Positions 61,452-64,000 of a stretch of DNA of 64,000 nucleotides are shown here, in pieces. Position 1 is the first letter of the stretch; every line of letters starts with the position of its first letter. This stretch comes from Geosiphon pyriformis uo1. Lineage: Eukaryota; Fungi; Glomeromycota. The stretch lies in the NCBI GenBank assembly GCA_016748015.1, contig JAAOMT010000269.1, positions 153,592 to 217,591 of the forward strand. Direction: 5' to 3'. The notes beneath the pieces were generated by a model. It saw only the letters and a list, made by a program, of their open reading frames with translations. It had not been told where the DNA came from and searched no databases. The position numbers were made by a program, and so were the translations under genes.

Positions 61452-64000
61452 AAAAAACTTTTTTCTCTTCTATATTCCAAATTCCCCAAAAAACATATTT
61501 TCAAAAAAGAAGTTTTTTGTTTTTTTTGTTATTTCTTACAAATATTTTTTAAGCAAATAATTTTTTTGCAATAAATTTAATGGCTGTCTTAAATAATATT
61601 ATGTCTAAAAAAAAAACACCTAAGAAAGTTTTTCATTATTCTATTGGAGGTTTATTTTCCCAAAAAAAAAATTTCTGTTAATAATATCAAGCATTTTGAA
61701 AATAAGAAGAATATCTTTTTAATTAAATCTGGTACTAATAATAACATATATTTAAATATAAACAATAAGTTTAGTAATAGTGGAAATAATAGTGTCTTAT
61801 TTAATATTGGTAGTAGTTTTCTTTTCAGTTTAATAACAAATACTCTTAAAACTAAAAAATTAATATTAGTCTAGTTTGTGATTCCTTTATTAGTTCAATT
61901 AATTATAGCATAGATAAAAATAAAGAATCTTTCTCTTCATTTCTTAATATTTCTTTTAACAGAAAATGAATTGATTTGAAAATTGTTAAAATTCAATTTG
62001 AAATACTTATCAAAAAATCTTTTGCTCTTGATATTAATCTGTTTATAGTAAAAGACAAATCAGTTATAATAAAAACTTAGATAATTAAAAAAATTTTTTT
62101 ATTAGTCAATGGTTTTAGAAGGATAACTACCTTTTCAAAATTTAAAAAGATCATTTGAACAACATTTACATCTGAAAAAAGTATAAAAAAAGTCATATTA
62201 TTGGCTAAAGACAAGAAAATTATTGTAAAAATAATGTTAAGAGACAAAAAAAATGCTTAAATTGGCTGTAATAATTAAAAAAATTCCTATGGACATGCCA
62301 AAAAAAATAATTATTGCTGCAGTATTTGAGTTTGGTTAAATTGTGTCAATTAAAATTCAGTTTATTGAAATATAGCAAAAGACTATAATAAAGTTCACTA
62401 AATCAAGTTAAGCAGATTAATTGATTTCAAAATAATTATTTTTAATCAAGAAAAATTTAGTGTGTGTAGTCAAAACTATGGAAAATTAAGATATTTAAAT
62501 ATCTAAAGATTAATTTAAAGCACTTTTGTTTATCTTTTTAGTAAGAACAACTGCTTATGATTTTGGTATTCTTGTTAAGAGGGCTGGTAAAAAAATATGT
62601 GTTATCAATAGATTATTTAAGAATAATAATAAAGTTTACTATACTGTTATAGGTTTTGAATCAAATAAGCTGCTAAAATCTGTTTTTTGTACAGAACCAA
62701 TTTTTGGTGGTGTTAAACTTTCTTAGACCAGATTGGATCTGATTTGTTGTAAAAAGTGTGATGTTTCTGGTTTCTTTATCTTTTTGTTTACAAAAATATT
62801 TAAAAAAATTGTTTTAGATAAAAATTATCTCTAGTTAACCAAATTGTATACCAAAAAAAATGTTCTTATCTTTCATTTTGCTGCTTTTGGTGGCAAGTTA
62901 TAAACACAAATAGTCTTGGTAGTTTCTGTTTTTAATAGTTTACTTTTTAATTCTAGTTTTGGTTTTTCTCTTTTTGGTGTTTTAGGTTCTAATAAAAAAT
63001 CTTCTTTTATTTTATTAAATAATTCTTTTTTAAATGCTTATTTGGTCTTTTTAAAACACTTTTAAAGCTTTTGGCAAATTAAATATCTAATATTGTAAGA
63101 AAATTAAGCTTTGTGGATCTGATACTTTTAGTATCTATTTCTCAATTTTTTTTTCTTTTGTGTTTGTATTTTCAAACTTGAATTTGGAATTAGATATGAT
63201 TCTGGATGTCACATCTGTATTGTTTGTTCCTTTTTTTTTAGTTGTAATTGATTAAGCTTCTGATTTAAGTTTAAATAAATCAAAGATTTTAACTATTAAA
63301 ATGAATGGCTTGAAAATAAAAATAGTTGTTCTTGAAGTTTCTGTTAATTTAGTTTTGGCAAATTAGATTAGTTGTGTTCTAATTCAAGCTTTTCAACAAT
63401 TTTATTATTTCAATAAATAACTTGGTATAAAAATTTGCTACATGTAATATTTAAAGTATTAATGTTTCTATAAAGCAGAAAAACATTATTTGTTAATATA
63501 CAATTTTGGGTAATATGATTTCTATTATTATGGAAACAAAGTTAAAACTTAATATTAAGTTATAGATCATAAATAAGTTTGATAGAATGCAAATTTTTAC
63601 AACTATTCTGAATAAAAGTTTTCTTGGTGCTAAAGTGACTGTTGTTATAAACAATTCTTTAGCTTGGCATGTCTTTAAAGTAAAAAAAAGTTCCTAATTG
63701 TGTTATTTTAGTAAGACTCTTTTTTAAAAACAAAATTTTGGTTATGATTCTGAATTTATATGCTAATGCATTTGTAGAAACAAGATTTGACTAAGTGTTT
63801 GAAGTTAATTTTTTTATTGTTAAGGCAGTTAATTTCAGCATTTTTATGGTATTAGATGGAGATTTTAATAAAAACAATTTTAAGAAAAGTGTGAGTTTCA
63901 ACTTTTGTCTGGATCTGGATTTGGTTAACTTATTTAATAAGCATTTATTTATTAAGACTTCTACTTAGTACAATTTCAAAAACAGTAAAAAAGTTATAGA
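61452..64000 (+). mobile_element. Heavily eroded LINE (copy G, B-like subfamily), continues beyond the window
   Basis: Same 5' hairpin as B; MSKKKTPKKVFH vs MSKKKAPKGAFH; KKSFALDINL; APE start KFATCN at about 63430. Confidence 0.85.

Overview
Very AT-rich, intron-containing eukaryotic DNA, most likely from a Glomeromycotina fungus. This is inferred from the BTB-TLDc, lipase-3-like and Ig-like/multi-TM gene families and the repeat types. It resembles Geosiphon pyriformis, but that is unverified. About two thirds of the window is degenerate retroelement DNA. (1) A two-LTR Ty3/Gypsy element (760-10623, minus strand) has a dUTPase between protease and RT; an older Gypsy relic and a solo LTR lie beside it. 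(2) There are seven copies or fragments of an APE-RT-RNaseH LINE family. (3) A divergent ORF1-only element (about 50370-52665) carries the same structured 3' tail as the LINEs. The LINEs share a 5' terminal hairpin, an AUGA stop/start overlap between ORF1 and ORF2, and a multi-helix 3' tail. The elements are eroded mostly by C>T/G>A transitions in many sequence contexts, which looks RIP-like. Host genes are an intact BTB-BACK-TLDc gene, a secreted lipase-3-like pseudoenzyme with a C-terminal AT-hook-like motif, and a disrupted Ig-like/multi-TM membrane protein gene. A GC-richer island (about 31370-34320) holds a composite tandem array in which one hairpin core is joined to two different spacer families (189-bp and 142-bp units); its function is unknown. 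All calls were made by eye from the sequence and ORF track; no database searches were run.
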